Origin: Balanoglossus misakiensis
Lineage: Eukaryota; Animalia; Hemichordata
Assembly: GCA_040954595.2 (NCBI GenBank)
Contig: CM082594.2
Location: 1,010,247-1,074,246 of the forward strand
Direction: 5' to 3'
DNA length: 64,000 nt
Shown here: in pieces, positions 51,561 through 63,200 of the stretch
How positions within the stretch are numbered: the stretch's first letter is position 1
Layout of the letters: every line of letters starts with the position of its first letter
Program-made: the position numbers and the translations under genes
The notes under the pieces: model-generated
Database searches by the model: none
What the model was told of the DNA's origin: nothing
The model's input: the letters and a program-made list of their open reading frames with translations, nothing else

Positions 51561-52500
51561 GGTGTACTCTCCGAGCAAGAGGCATATCTGAAAGGGTGTC
51601 TAAAATTATCCTCCAAAGCATCAGACGAGGCACTGCAAAACAGTATGAGTCAGCCTGGCGTCGCTGGAATCGTTGGTGTCAAAGACAAAAGGAAGATCCT
51701 ATTTCAGCGCCTATCCCTATAGTGTTGGAATTTCTTGCAGACCAACTTGATAGACAACTTCAGTATCTCACCATTAATGTATATCGTTCAGCTATCTCTT
51801 CAGTGCACTTGCCAGTTGATGGATATCGTTTGGGAAATCATCCACTTGTTACACAGTTTATGAGGGGAGTTTATGTATCCAGACCACCCAGGTATGGGAT
51901 GTTCAGCAAGTTTTGACTTTTCTTCAGTCTTGGTCGCCATCCAAGGATTTGTCGCTGAAGTGTTTAACATTAAAAACTGTTATGTTAGTTGCGTTATGTA
52001 CAGCAGGACGGTGTTCTGATTTGGCAAATCTCCAGTTGGAGTCTATTTCGTTATCCAAGGGATCAGCTGTTTTGCTTCCGGCTAGTTTGTCGAAGACAGA
52101 CAGACAAGCCAAGAAAAGAAGAATTGTTGTTTTACCAGCCTTCAAGAAGGATCGAAGGTTATGTGTAGTCTATTATTTGGCTTCTTATTTGCGTCGGGTG
52201 CAGTCTTTACGCAAGCACAAGAAGACCCTTTTCGTTAGTTTTGCGACAGGAAAACCTGTTTTGCCAAGTACCATAGCAAGATGGATTAAATTGGTGCTTC
52301 AGAAGAGTGGTATAGACAAGGTCTTCTCAGCACATGAAACTAGAGCAGCAGTTACTTCAGCCCTTCATTTCAGAGGAGCCTCGTTACAGCAAATTATGGG
52401 TTTGGCGAATTGGTCCTCTTCTAGAACCTTTGCTAAACATTACCAGTGTGAGGTATCATCATTGACTTCTCCAGTGTTGGACACCTTGGTAACCAAATAG
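51500..52500 (+). pseudogene. DIRS tyrosine recombinase, frameshift/deletion near 51900
   Basis: N-terminal RRGTAKQYESAW, YLTINVYRSAIS, HPLV. Catalytic R (TAGRCSD), HxxR (AHETR), W (ANWSS) and Y (AKHY). Confidence 0.93.
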
Positions 52501-52570
52501 GTGAGTTGACTACCTGTTGTTCTCAGGTGCTTTGTCTTTAAAATCAGCTATGGAAATGAGGGAAGTGACT

Positions 52571-52671
52571 GAAGGATGTGAGAATAAATAAAAATTATAC
52601 CACATCTTACTGTTACAGGATAATTGTGGTTATTCTCTCATCCTGGAGGAATGAACCGAATTGAAGTAGCT
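52571..52671. other. DIRS internal complementary region (ICR)
   Basis: aggatgtgagaataa is complementary to the left terminus. It is joined to ataaaaattataccac...gaagtagct, complementary to the right terminus, so the ICR encodes the circle junction. Confidence 0.92.
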
Positions 52672-52729
52672 CCCACCTCCCACCCAAAAATTATGTTTTC
52701 TGTTTGTCTTTTCTTAGTTTCAGGCTTTT

Positions 52730-52933
52730 AAAGATGGTTGCTCGTCCGTAAGGCAGGTGTATATGGGATATTATTTAAATATTCATGTCATAGGTCATAG
52801 GTTATTTCTTTGAAAGGGCTGTGTCTACGCCGAGGTCAAGGGAAGACAGCTACTTCAATTCGGTTCGTTCCTTCAGGATGAGAGAATAACCACAATTATC
52901 CTGTAACAGTAAGGTGTGGTATAATTTTTATTT
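52730..52933 (-). repeat. DIRS right ITR plus unique right extension (52890-52933)
   Basis: aaagatggttgctcgtccgtaagg...caggatgagagaataa, then ccacaattatcctgtaacagtaaggtgtggtataattttt. Confidence 0.95.
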
Positions 52934-53470
52934 TCAATGTCTTTGGTTAATGTCAGAAGAAGCTTTCCTCCGACTGCTGTTGCCACTACTGTTCCCGGCG
53001 GTATGGTAACGTTGTCATCGGTCAGGTTTACTAAACAGATGATTGGGGGCTGCCCCTTTTTACAGAATGTCCGGGGCATAATGACGTCACCTAGTTTCAC
53101 TGGTTCCACTATGTAGTCGGGCATGTCCATGTCGATTGTCCCTGTCACCCTGGTCACGGAGTTCGGAGACAGGATAGTGCATGGAGCGACTGATATGTAA
53201 GCCACGTGCCACAGTGGTCTGGTCCCCTTGCAGCAACGGGACATGCTGTTCTCCCACCTGGAGGAAGTTTTCTCGCTTGTGGAGGATGACCTGCTTGGAT
53301 CGAAGTTGGTCTACTCCCAGCAGCATGGTGTCTCCTATTGGGCCAACATATATATTTTCTCGAAAGGCAGTGCTCTCTAACTTCAGGTTCACTGGTCCAA
53401 TTTTGAATCCTCTCATGGACGAGTCTCTTCTGGCTAGGTGTACTTTGACAACAAGCTTTTTCACTCCACA
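52934..53470 (-). pseudogene. pol: Gypsy aspartic protease C-half and PR-RT linker, frameshifted
   Basis: ENIYVGPIGDTMLLGVDQL is typical of retropepsin C-halves. LVNLTDDNVTIPPGTVVA linker follows. Confidence 0.8.
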
Positions 53471-53482
53471 AGTGGCTGTGTG

Positions 53483-53642
53483 ATGTTTTCCGGGGGTCTT
53501 CGTATTTTTTGCCCGTCAAAGGGGGGGGGTCATCATTTGTTGGTCCTGGGGGAAAGGGGGTTCTGCTTGATTTTGAAAACCGATGACACAAACTTGCCGA
53601 CCCCCCCCCCCCCACTTCCAACCGTAAAAACTGAACCGCCCC
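53483..53642 (+). mobile_element. Terminal fragment of the same Harbinger-like MITE family
   Basis: ...CCGTAAAAACTGAACCGCCCC|TAA, homologous to 40140-40304. Confidence 0.75.
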
Positions 53643-55477
53643 TAAAGAAATAAAAAATGCCATAACCAGTGAATGGTCACTCGCAATATTTGGTTTTTAA
53701 TGTTTACTCGACCCTTTAGTCGACAGCCCATGTGGATATACCAGTCCGGTAACCGTTGACATCAATCAGATTAAAATCAGATGTAGAATGTGGCGCCGTC
53801 TTTACCTTTGCTTATTCTTGGCTATTCCTGAAAAGGACGAGAGTGGCCCGTTGCCGTTTTATAAGAGGACACCCCTAGCGCAAAGACAAATCCTGAGGTA
53901 TCGAGAATTAAAATACAAACGTTTTCTTGTGACGTGGGTACCGCCATACAATGTAAGGACAACACTCTTGTTGCCCTTTCTTCTATAAAAGTGAGTTTTC
54001 ATACATGTTGCTTGATAAGTCTCCCCAAGCGTCGAAAAATCAATGTACTGGACTTTGCAGTTTTGGGAGCCATATTGCCAAGTTCACAAAGTAGCCGGAA
54101 AGGTTATGACAAAGCCTGAGAATGACGCATGCGCACTTGGCAGCCTTGTCGCCTGTAGTGAGACAAACGCTAAACAGAACATGCAAGTCAAATTCATGAT
54201 TCTATTAATTAAGATAAGCTGTCGCTTGAAATTCGGAAGAGCGATAAATGACGACTGGACTGGCTTTGAGGTACACGCCCACGCGGCAGTTTTGCTTGAA
54301 AATTATTAAAACGTATTGGGCGATATGGGATTCTAGACGGCAACAGACGTCGACTTCACCATCGAAAGAGTGATTTTACGTGTTGTGGGTATGGGCATGG
54401 CGCTGGCCCTTTAAATACACACAATAAAGAGTAAGCAATTGGGTTGATCACAATACATCTCAACTAAGCAAACAGCGCAAAAGTATTAATTTGTATAACT
54501 ACGGGCGGCCATGCACATTTTAATGAACTCATTGTTGAATCATGAACAGTACTAGATCGAGAATGGATTTGTCTTTCTATTACATCATCACCATCATGTC
54601 ATTGCCTTGGTGCTGGCTATATCATGTTTACATTTATCCTCTGATTTGAAGACTTAAGCAGTACGTATCTGGAAAGACGAAAAATAAAAACAATATGGAC
54701 TCAGTGAAAACTCAAAAATTAAAAATCATGCAAATTCCCCTTGTTATTATGTGGTCTCTAGTGTAAGCAAAATGTCGATCCGTTAGCCTCCATGTAACAA
54801 TAAAATCACAACATGAGTTCCAACTTTGTGTATTTTTAATTTGATGACTATATTCACCGCGCACCTGGAATTCCACAGACGAAGCCCTTTGGTTTGACGT
54901 CGCAGTATTTGTCATCCCATAAACCCATGTGCCCATTTCGATACCTGTAAGATATCAACGGTTGCACTGCGATTGGTACCTGCGTGTTTGGAGACATCGG
55001 TTTTTATTAATACTGTAAGCATGTGATCTTGATTTAGAAAACCGAAAAAGATACCGTATAACTGATGCATATAACAAAAATACATAACGTTACGGGTGGT
55101 AATGAACCTGTCACGGCCCTGATTCACCATCTTCGCTTGAATCCACAAGTACTGTCTTTCCATTAACGACATATTTGCTATCATTGCTAATACTCGTACA
55201 AATAGTTCACAAATCATGAAATTTATATTTTTAGACTACACGTACACAGGAAACCCCTTACAGCCCTGTACTATTATCATGTCTGTCACATGGATTTACA
55301 CAGCCGTGTACCAGCTATGTTGGCACACAGACTCTGTACCAGCTATGTAAAAAGAAATGATGTTACATGTGTGCTTAAATCACTTCTGTCACATACCTTT
55401 ATTTTACAGCTATGTAGTTTGCATGTGTGAAGCTATGAATAAGATGTGTGAGAAAAAGTCCTGTGTCATACCCTTTT

Positions 55478-55630
55478 TCACACAGCCCTGTACCAGGGGT
55501 GTACGTACACACGCTGGACCAGTCGTATTTCACACAGCCCTGTAACAGGTGTGCACGTACACACGGCTGGACCAGTCGTATTTCACACAGCCCTGTAAAA
55601 GGGGTGTACACACGGCTGGACCAGTCATAC
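55478..55630 (+). repeat. Three ~52-bp tandem repeats
   Basis: tcacacagccctgta...gtacacac(g)gctggaccagtc, three copies. Confidence 0.8.
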
Positions 55631-55838
55631 ACATGCTGTACTGGGGAGTCTCATGATATTTCGTTTCTTTTAGACAGTTAGTTGTACTTTTATTGGGCTC
55701 AAAGGTTACGCCTCAGCTCATACGAACTCAGAGTGCTTGATGTCAAAGGTCAAATCCCCTATTCAAATCCTCCATGTATTTTTCATTTGACGTATATATG
55801 CTTTAGCTGGAGCAGTCAAACCCGGGACTCAAACTCAT

Positions 55839-57240
55839 TACGGGCCCAAGCCAAGACAGGCTTGGGCCCGTATTGGTTTTGTTGGGGTTTTTCTTTCTTT
55901 CTTTCTTTAGGGCCCAAGCGCACACCAGCGCTTGGGCCCTATTGGTTTTGCTGGGTTTTTTTACGGGCCCAAGCCAAGCCAGGCTTGGGCCCGTATTGGT
56001 TTCGTTGGGGTTTTTAGGGCCCAAGCGCACGCAAGCGCTTGGGCCCTATTGGTTTCGTTGGGTTTTTTTACAGGCCCAAGCCAAGCCAGGCTTGGGCCCG
56101 TATTGGTTTCGTTGGGGTTTTTCAGTCTTTCTTTAATTTCTTTAGGGCCCAAGCCCATACCAGCGCTTGGGCCCTATTGGTTTCGTTGGGTTTTTTTAGG
56201 GCCCAAGCACATACCAGCGCTTGGGCCCTATTGGTTTCGTTGGGTTTTTTTAGGGCCCAAGTGCATACCAGCGCTTGGGCCCTAATGGTTTCGTTGGGGT
56301 TTTTCTGTCTTTCTTTAGGGCCCAAGCGCACACCAGCGCTTGGGCCCTATTGGTTTCGTTGGGGTTTTTAGGGCCCAAGCGCAAGCAAGCGCTTGGGCCC
56401 TATTGGTTTCGTTGGAATTTTTAGGGCCCAAGCGCAAGCCAGCGCTTGGGCCCTATTGGTTTCGTTGGGGTTTTTCTGTCTTTCTTTAGGGCCCAAGCGC
56501 ACACCAGCGCTTGGGCCCTATTGGTTTCGTTGGAATTTTTAGGGCCCAAGCGCACGCAAGCGCTTGGGCCCTATTGGTTTCGTTGGGGTTTTTAGGGCCC
56601 AAGCGCAAGCAAGCGCTTGGGCCCTATTGGTTTCGTTGGAATTTTTAGGGCCCAAGCGCAAGCCAGCGCTTGGGCCCTATTGGTTTCGTTTGGGTTTTTC
56701 AGTCTTTCTTTCTTTCTTTCCTTCTTTAGGGCCCAAGCGCACGCAAGCGCTTGGGCCCTATTGGTTTCGTTGGAATTTTTAGGGCCCAAGCGCGCGCAAG
56801 CGCTTGGGCCCTATTGGTTTCGTTGGGGTTTTTAGGGCCCAAGCGCAAGCAAGCGCTTGGGCCCTATTGGTTTCGTTGGAATTTTTACGGGCCCAAGCCA
56901 AGCCAGGCTTGGGCCCGTATTGGTTTCGTTGGAATTTTTAGGGCCCAAGCGCAAGCAAGCGCTTGGGCCCTATTGGTTTCGTTGGGGTTTTTTAGGGCCC
57001 AAGCGCACGCAAGCGCTTGGGCCCTATTGGTTTCGTTGGAATTTTTCTTTCTTGCTTGCTTTCTTTCTTTCTTTAGGGCCCAAGCGCTTGCTTGCGCTTG
57101 GGCCCTATTGGTTTCGTTGGGGTTTTTACGGGCCCAAGCCAAGCCAGGCTTGGGCCCGTATTGGTTTCGTTGGAATTTTACTTTCTTTAGGGCCCAAGCG
57201 CATACCAGCGCTTGGGCCCTATTGGTTTCGTTGGGGTTTT
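55839..57240 (+). repeat. Array of 24 hairpin units (~53 bp, some with TTTC tracts): the amplified 5' terminus of the adjacent Helentron-like element
   Basis: AGGGCCCAAGCGC-6nt-GCGCTTGGGCCCT, or variant ACGGGCCCAAGCC-6nt-GGCTTGGGCCCGT, each followed by ATTGGTTTCGTTGG. Confidence 0.92.
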
Positions 57241-60200
57241 TCTTTCTTCTTTCTTTCTTTATTCTTGTGTCAATTCTTTGTCGCTCTAGATCTCAGACAC
57301 CGCTGCAGGTACACTTCTGAAACTTGCTACAGTGGTCAAGGTCAATGAGTAGTCGTGCATTGAACCTGTGAATTTTTAATTAGTCACGTGACCTGGCGGC
57401 CATATTGGATTTTCTGAAAAAATGCAAATCTCAGATCTCAGAAACTACAAGTCAGATCGACTTCAAATTTGGTGTGCAGGTAGTCTACCTTCTACCCATC
57501 ATTTTTGTAATTGGATATTTTGGTGTAAATGTTGCAGTTTTTTTGCTACAATTTTTTTTCTGAAATCTGGCTTAAATTTCAAAAATCTTCTTCTCCAGAA
57601 CCGGTGATAACTGAGTCACGCGGTTTGGGGTATGTGGTCACCTAACTGATGTCTATCAAGTTTGCGAAGATCATTGTGATTGGTCGAAGATTATGGCGGC
57701 CATATTGGATTTTCGAAAAACCCTAGTAAAATTTCAAAAATCTTCTTCTCAAGAACCGGCGATAATTGAGTCACAAGATTTGGTGTGTGTGGTCATTAAA
57801 CAGATGTCTATCAAGTTTGCGAAGATGAATGTGATTGGTCGAAGATTATGGCGGCCATATTGGATTTTGTGAAAAACGATTAAAAAGTAAAAATTCCCTT
57901 TCCAGCCTAAAAATTGATAGCACAGAAATTCTTTTTTATGGATATGAATCATCATCATATGCCAAGAATAAGCTATAAATATTTTGGTAATTTTGGCAAT
58001 GACCTTTGACCTACTTTTGACGCATCATTTTTCTGCATATCTAATTCCAGGCTAACCAATAGGGCTAGACGTTTGGTTTTTGATGTATGTGGATTTGTAT
58101 GTGATCAAACAATTTTGCTACTTTTCATAACCCCTTTGACCTCTGTTGACCTCATTAAATATGCACATACCTAATTAATGATGAACCAATAGACCTAGAG
58201 GTTTTGTTTTTGTTATACATGGACCAGTATGGAGTCAAAATATTTTGCCCAAATGTTGGGTGACCTCGGGTGACCTTTGACCTACTTTTGCATATCTCGA
58301 CATCCACAGCAGATACAGCCTTGGCGTTTGGAGGTATGGGCCTTAATGAAAAGCCAAAGTTTTGGGTCACCAGTGACACCTGCTTAACTCATTATTTATG
58401 TGCATACCTAATTCCGGGCTAACCAAAAGGGCTAGAGGTCTGGTTTTTGTTGGACATGGACCACTATGGGTCAAAATTGTCTGCCCAAATTGTGGGTGAC
58501 CTCGGGGTGACCTTTGACCTACTTAACACTATATCAACACCAAACATAGATATAACCTTGATATTTCATGGGATAAAACACAGCATTATGTTTCTACTCA
58601 TTAATTATGTGCATATCTAATAATCTGATCAGATAATAGAGCTTGGGCCCGGACAATGCTGCTTGCAGCTTTAATTCTTTCTTTCTTTCTTTCTTTATTC
58701 TTGTGTCAATTCTTTGACCCACGAGATCTCAGACACCGCTGCAGGTACACTTCTGAAACTTGGTACAGTGGTCAAGGTCAATGAGTAGTCGTGCATTGAA
58801 CCCTTGAATTTTTAATTAGTCACGTGACCTGGCAGCCATCTTGGATTTTCTAAAAAAATGCAAATCTCAGATCTCAGAAACTACAAGTCAGATCGACTTC
58901 AAATTTGGCATGCTGGTAGACTACCTTCTGCCCATCATTTTTGTAATTGGAAATTATGCTGACAAAGTTGCAGTTTTTTGCTACAATTTTTTTTCTGAAA
59001 TCTGGCTTAAATTTCAAAAATCTTCTTCTCCAGAACCGGCAATAACCGAGACACAGGGTTTGGTGTATGTGGTCACCTACCTGATGTCTATCAAGTTTGC
59101 GAAGATCATTGTGATTGGTCGAAGATTTTGGCGGCCATATTGGATTTTCGAAAAACCCTAGTAAAATTTCAAAAATATTCTTCTCAAGAACCGGCAATAA
59201 CCGAGTCACAAGATTTGGTGTGTGTGGTCATTAAACAGATGTCTATCAAGTTTGCTAAGAGGAATGTGATTGGTCGAAGATTATGGCGGCCATATTGGAT
59301 GTTGTGAAAAACGATTAAAAAGTAAAAATTCCCTTTCTTGCCTAAAAATTGATAGCACAGAAATTCTTTTTAAGGATATGAATCATCATATGACAAGAAT
59401 AAGCTGTAGATATTTTGGTAATTTTGACAATGACCTTTGACCTACTTTTGACGCATCATTTTTCTGCATATCTAATTCCAGGCTAACCAATAGGGCTATA
59501 AGTTTGGTTTTTGATGTATGTGGATTTGTATGTGATCAAAAAAATTTGATACTTTTCATGACCCCTTTGACCTCTGCTGACCTCATTAAATATGCACATA
59601 CCTAATTACAGATGAACCATTAGACATAGAGATTTTGTCTTTGTTATACATGGACCAATATGGGGTCAAAATATTTTGCCCAAATGTTGGGTGACCTCGG
59701 GTGACCTTTGACCTACTTTTGCATATCTTGACATCCACAGCAGATACAGCGTTGGCGTTTGGAGGTATGGGGCCATAATGAAAAGCCAAAGTTTTTGGTC
59801 ACCTGTGACACCTGCTTAACTCATTATTTATGTGCATACCTAATTCCGGGCTAACCAAAAGGGCTAGAGATCTGGTTTTTGTTGGACATGGACCACTATG
59901 GGTCAAAATTTTCTGCCCAAATTGTGGGTTACCTCTGGGTGACATTTGACCTACTTAACACTATATCAACACCAAACATAGATATAAACTTGATATTTCA
60001 TGGGATAAAACACAGCATTATGTTTCTACTCATTAATTATGTGCATAGTTAATAATCAGATCAGATAATAGAGCTTGGGCCCGGACAATGCTGCTTGCAG
60101 CTTTAATTCTTTCTTTCTTTCTTTTTTCTTGTGTCAATTCTTCGGCCAACTAAATCTCAGAAACTACTGCAGGTACACTGCTCAAACTTGCTACAGTGGT

Positions 60201-63200
60201 CAAGGTCAATGAGTAGATGTGCAGTGACTTGTGAATACGTAATTAGTCACGTGACCTGGCGGCCATATTGGATTTTCTGAAAAAATGCAAATCTCAGATC
60301 TCAGAAACTACAAGTCAGATCGACTTCAGATTTGGTGTGCTGGTAGTGTACCTTTTGCCCATCATTTTTGTAATTGGATATTTTGCTGTCAATGTTGCAG
60401 TTTTTTTGCTACAGTTGTTTTTCTGAAATCTGGTCAAAATTTCAAAAATCTTCTTCTCCAGAACCGGTGATAACCGAGACACGGGGTTTGGGGTATATGG
60501 TCACCTAACTGTTGTCTATCAAGTTTGCGAAGATCATTGTGATTGGTCGAAGATTATGGCGGCCATATTGGATTTACGAAAAACCATAGTTAAACTCCAA
60601 AAATCTTCTTCTCCAGAACGGGCGATGACTGAGTTGCAAGATTCGGGGAGTATGGTCACTACACTGATGTCTATCAAGTTTGCAAAGAGCATTGTGATTG
60701 GTCGAAGATTATGGCGGCCATATTGGATTTTGTAAAAAGCAGTGAAAATTTGAAATTCCTTTTTCTAGTCTAAAATTTGATAGCATACAAATTATTTTTA
60801 TGGATATCAATCGTCATGTGACTAAAATATGTTACAATTTTTTTGCGATTTTTCACATGACCTTTGACCTACTTATCATGGTTATTATTTCTGCATATCT
60901 AATTCCAGGCTAACCTATAGGGCTAGACGTTTGGTTTTTGATGAATGTGGATTAGTGTGTGATCAAAATATTTTGCTACTTTTCATGACCCCTTTGACCT
61001 CTGCTGACCTCATTAATTATGTGCATAGCTAATTACAGGCGAACCAATAGAGCTAGGGGTTTGGTTTTTGTTGGACATGGACCAGTATAGGATCAAAATT
61101 TTTTCCCCAAATGTTGGGTGACCTCTGGTGACCTTTGACCTACTTTCGCATATCTCAGCATCCAGAACAGATACAACCATGGCATTTGGTAGGATGGGAC
61201 CAAAATGTAAAGCCACATTTTTGGGTCACCTGTGACACCTGCTGACCTCATTAAATATGCACATACCTAATTACAGGCGAACCAATAGAGCTAGAGTTTT
61301 GGTTTTTGTTGGACATGGACCAGTATGGGTCAAAAAAATTGCCCAAATGTCGGATGACTTCAGGTGACCTTTGACCTACTTCACCCTATTTCAGCGGCAA
61401 AAATATACACATCCTTGTTATGTCATGAGATAATACATCCGATAGAAAATTCTGTTTCTTCTCATTCATACTGTGCATATATAATTCAAGATCAGCGCTT
61501 GGGCCCGACAATGCTGCTCGCAGCTTTAATTCTTTCTTTATTCTTGTGTCAATTCTTCGGCCAACTAAATCTCAGAAACTACTGCAGGTACACTGCTCAA
61601 ACTTGCTACAGTGGTCAAGGTCTATGAGTAGATGTGCAGTGACTTGTGAATACTTAATTAGTCACGTGACCTGGCGGCCATATTGGATTTTCTGAAAAAA
61701 TTCAAATCTCAGATCTCAGAAACTACAAGTCAGATCGACTTCAAATTTGGCATGCAGGTAGACTACCTTCTGCCCATCATTTTTGTAATTGGAAATTTTG
61801 CTGTCAATGTTGCAGTTTTTTTGCTACAATTTTTTTTCTGAAATCTGGCTTAAATTTCAAAAATCTTCTTCTCCAGAACCAGTGATAACCGAGACACGGG
61901 GTTTGGGGTATGTGGTCACCTAAGTGATGTTTATCAAGTTTGCGAAGATCATCGTGATTGGTCGAAGATTATGGCGGCCATATTGGATTTTCGAAAAACC
62001 ATAGTTAAACTCCAAAAATCTTCTTCTCCAGAACGGGCGATGACTGAGTCGCAAGATTCGGGGAGTATGGTCACTACACTGATGTCTATCAAGTTTGCAA
62101 AGAGCATTGTGATTGGTTGAAGATTATGGCGGCCATATTGGATTTTGTAAAAAGCAGTGAAAAATTGAAATTCCGTTTTCTAGTCCAAAAATTGATAGCA
62201 TACACATTCTTTTTATGGATATCAATCGTCATGTGACTAAAATATGTTACAATTTTTTGGCGATTTTTCACATGACCTTTGACCTACTTATCACGCGTTA
62301 TTATTTCTGCATATCTAATTCCAGGCTAACCTATAGGGCTAGACGTTTGGTTTTTGATGCTTGTGGATTAGTGTGTGATCAAAATATTTTGCTACTTTTC
62401 ATGACCCCTTTGACCTCTGCTGACCTCATTAATTATGTGCATAGCTAATTACAGGTGAACCAATAGAGCTAGAGGTTTGGTTTTTGTTGGACATGGACAA
62501 GTATGGGATCAAAATTTTTTGCCCAAATGTTGGGTGACCTCTGGTGACCTTTGACCTACTTTCGCATATCTCAGCATCCAGAGCAGATACAGCCATGGCA
62601 TTTGATAGGATGGGACCAAAATGTAAAGCCACATTTTTGGGTCACCTGTGACACCTGCTGACCTCATTAAATATGCACATACCTAATTACACGCGAACCA
62701 ATAGAGCTAGAGTTTTGGTTTTTGTTGGACATAGACCAGTATGGGTTCAAAATTTTTTGCCCAAATGTTGGGTGACCTCAGGTGACCTTTGACCTACTTC
62801 ACCCTATTTCAGCAGCAAAAATACACACATCCTTGTTATGTCATGAGATAATACATCTGATAGAAAATTATGTTTCTTCTCATTCATACTGTGCATATAT
62901 AATTCAAGATCAGCGCTTGGGCCCGACAATGCTGCTCGCAGCTTTAATCTTTCTTTCTTTCTTTAGGGCCCAAGCGCAAGCCAGCGCTTGGGCCCTATTG
63001 GTTTCGTTGGGGTTTTTCTGTCTTTCCTTCTTTCTTTCTTCTTTCTTTATTCTTCTGTCAATTCTTTGTCGCTCTAGATCTCAGACACCACTGCAGGTAC
63101 AGTTCTCAAACTTGCTACAGTGGTCAAGGTCAATGAGTAGTCGTGCATTGAACCCATGAATTTTTAATTAGTCACATGACCTGGCGGCCATCTTGGATTT

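Larger units (their letters stand above)
47860..52933 (+). mobile_element. Full-length DIRS1-like tyrosine-recombinase retrotransposon with inactivating mutations
   Basis: Inverted terminal repeats, ICR, gag-like, RT-RH-MT and YR ORFs. No TSD; T-rich junctions. Confidence 0.96.
43081..53470 (-). mobile_element. Ty3/Gypsy LTR retrotransposon, truncated at both ends (no gag or LTRs seen) and split by a DIRS element
   Basis: Domain order PR-RT-RH-IN on the minus strand, followed by an extra ORF. Confidence 0.95.

Noticed and set aside
42900-53700. Gypsy LTRs, PBS or PPT
   Set aside because: No direct terminal repeats were found. Both ends are truncated against unrelated repeats.
53650-55250. 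Short ORFs and a possible TTAAAGG element end near 54413
   Set aside because: No domain similarity, and no partner terminus was recognised.
55839-57240. CRISPR-like array of palindromic repeats
   Set aside because: The intervening sequences are near-constant or TTTC tracts rather than unique spacers, there are no cas genes, the context is eukaryotic, and the unit equals the Helentron terminus.
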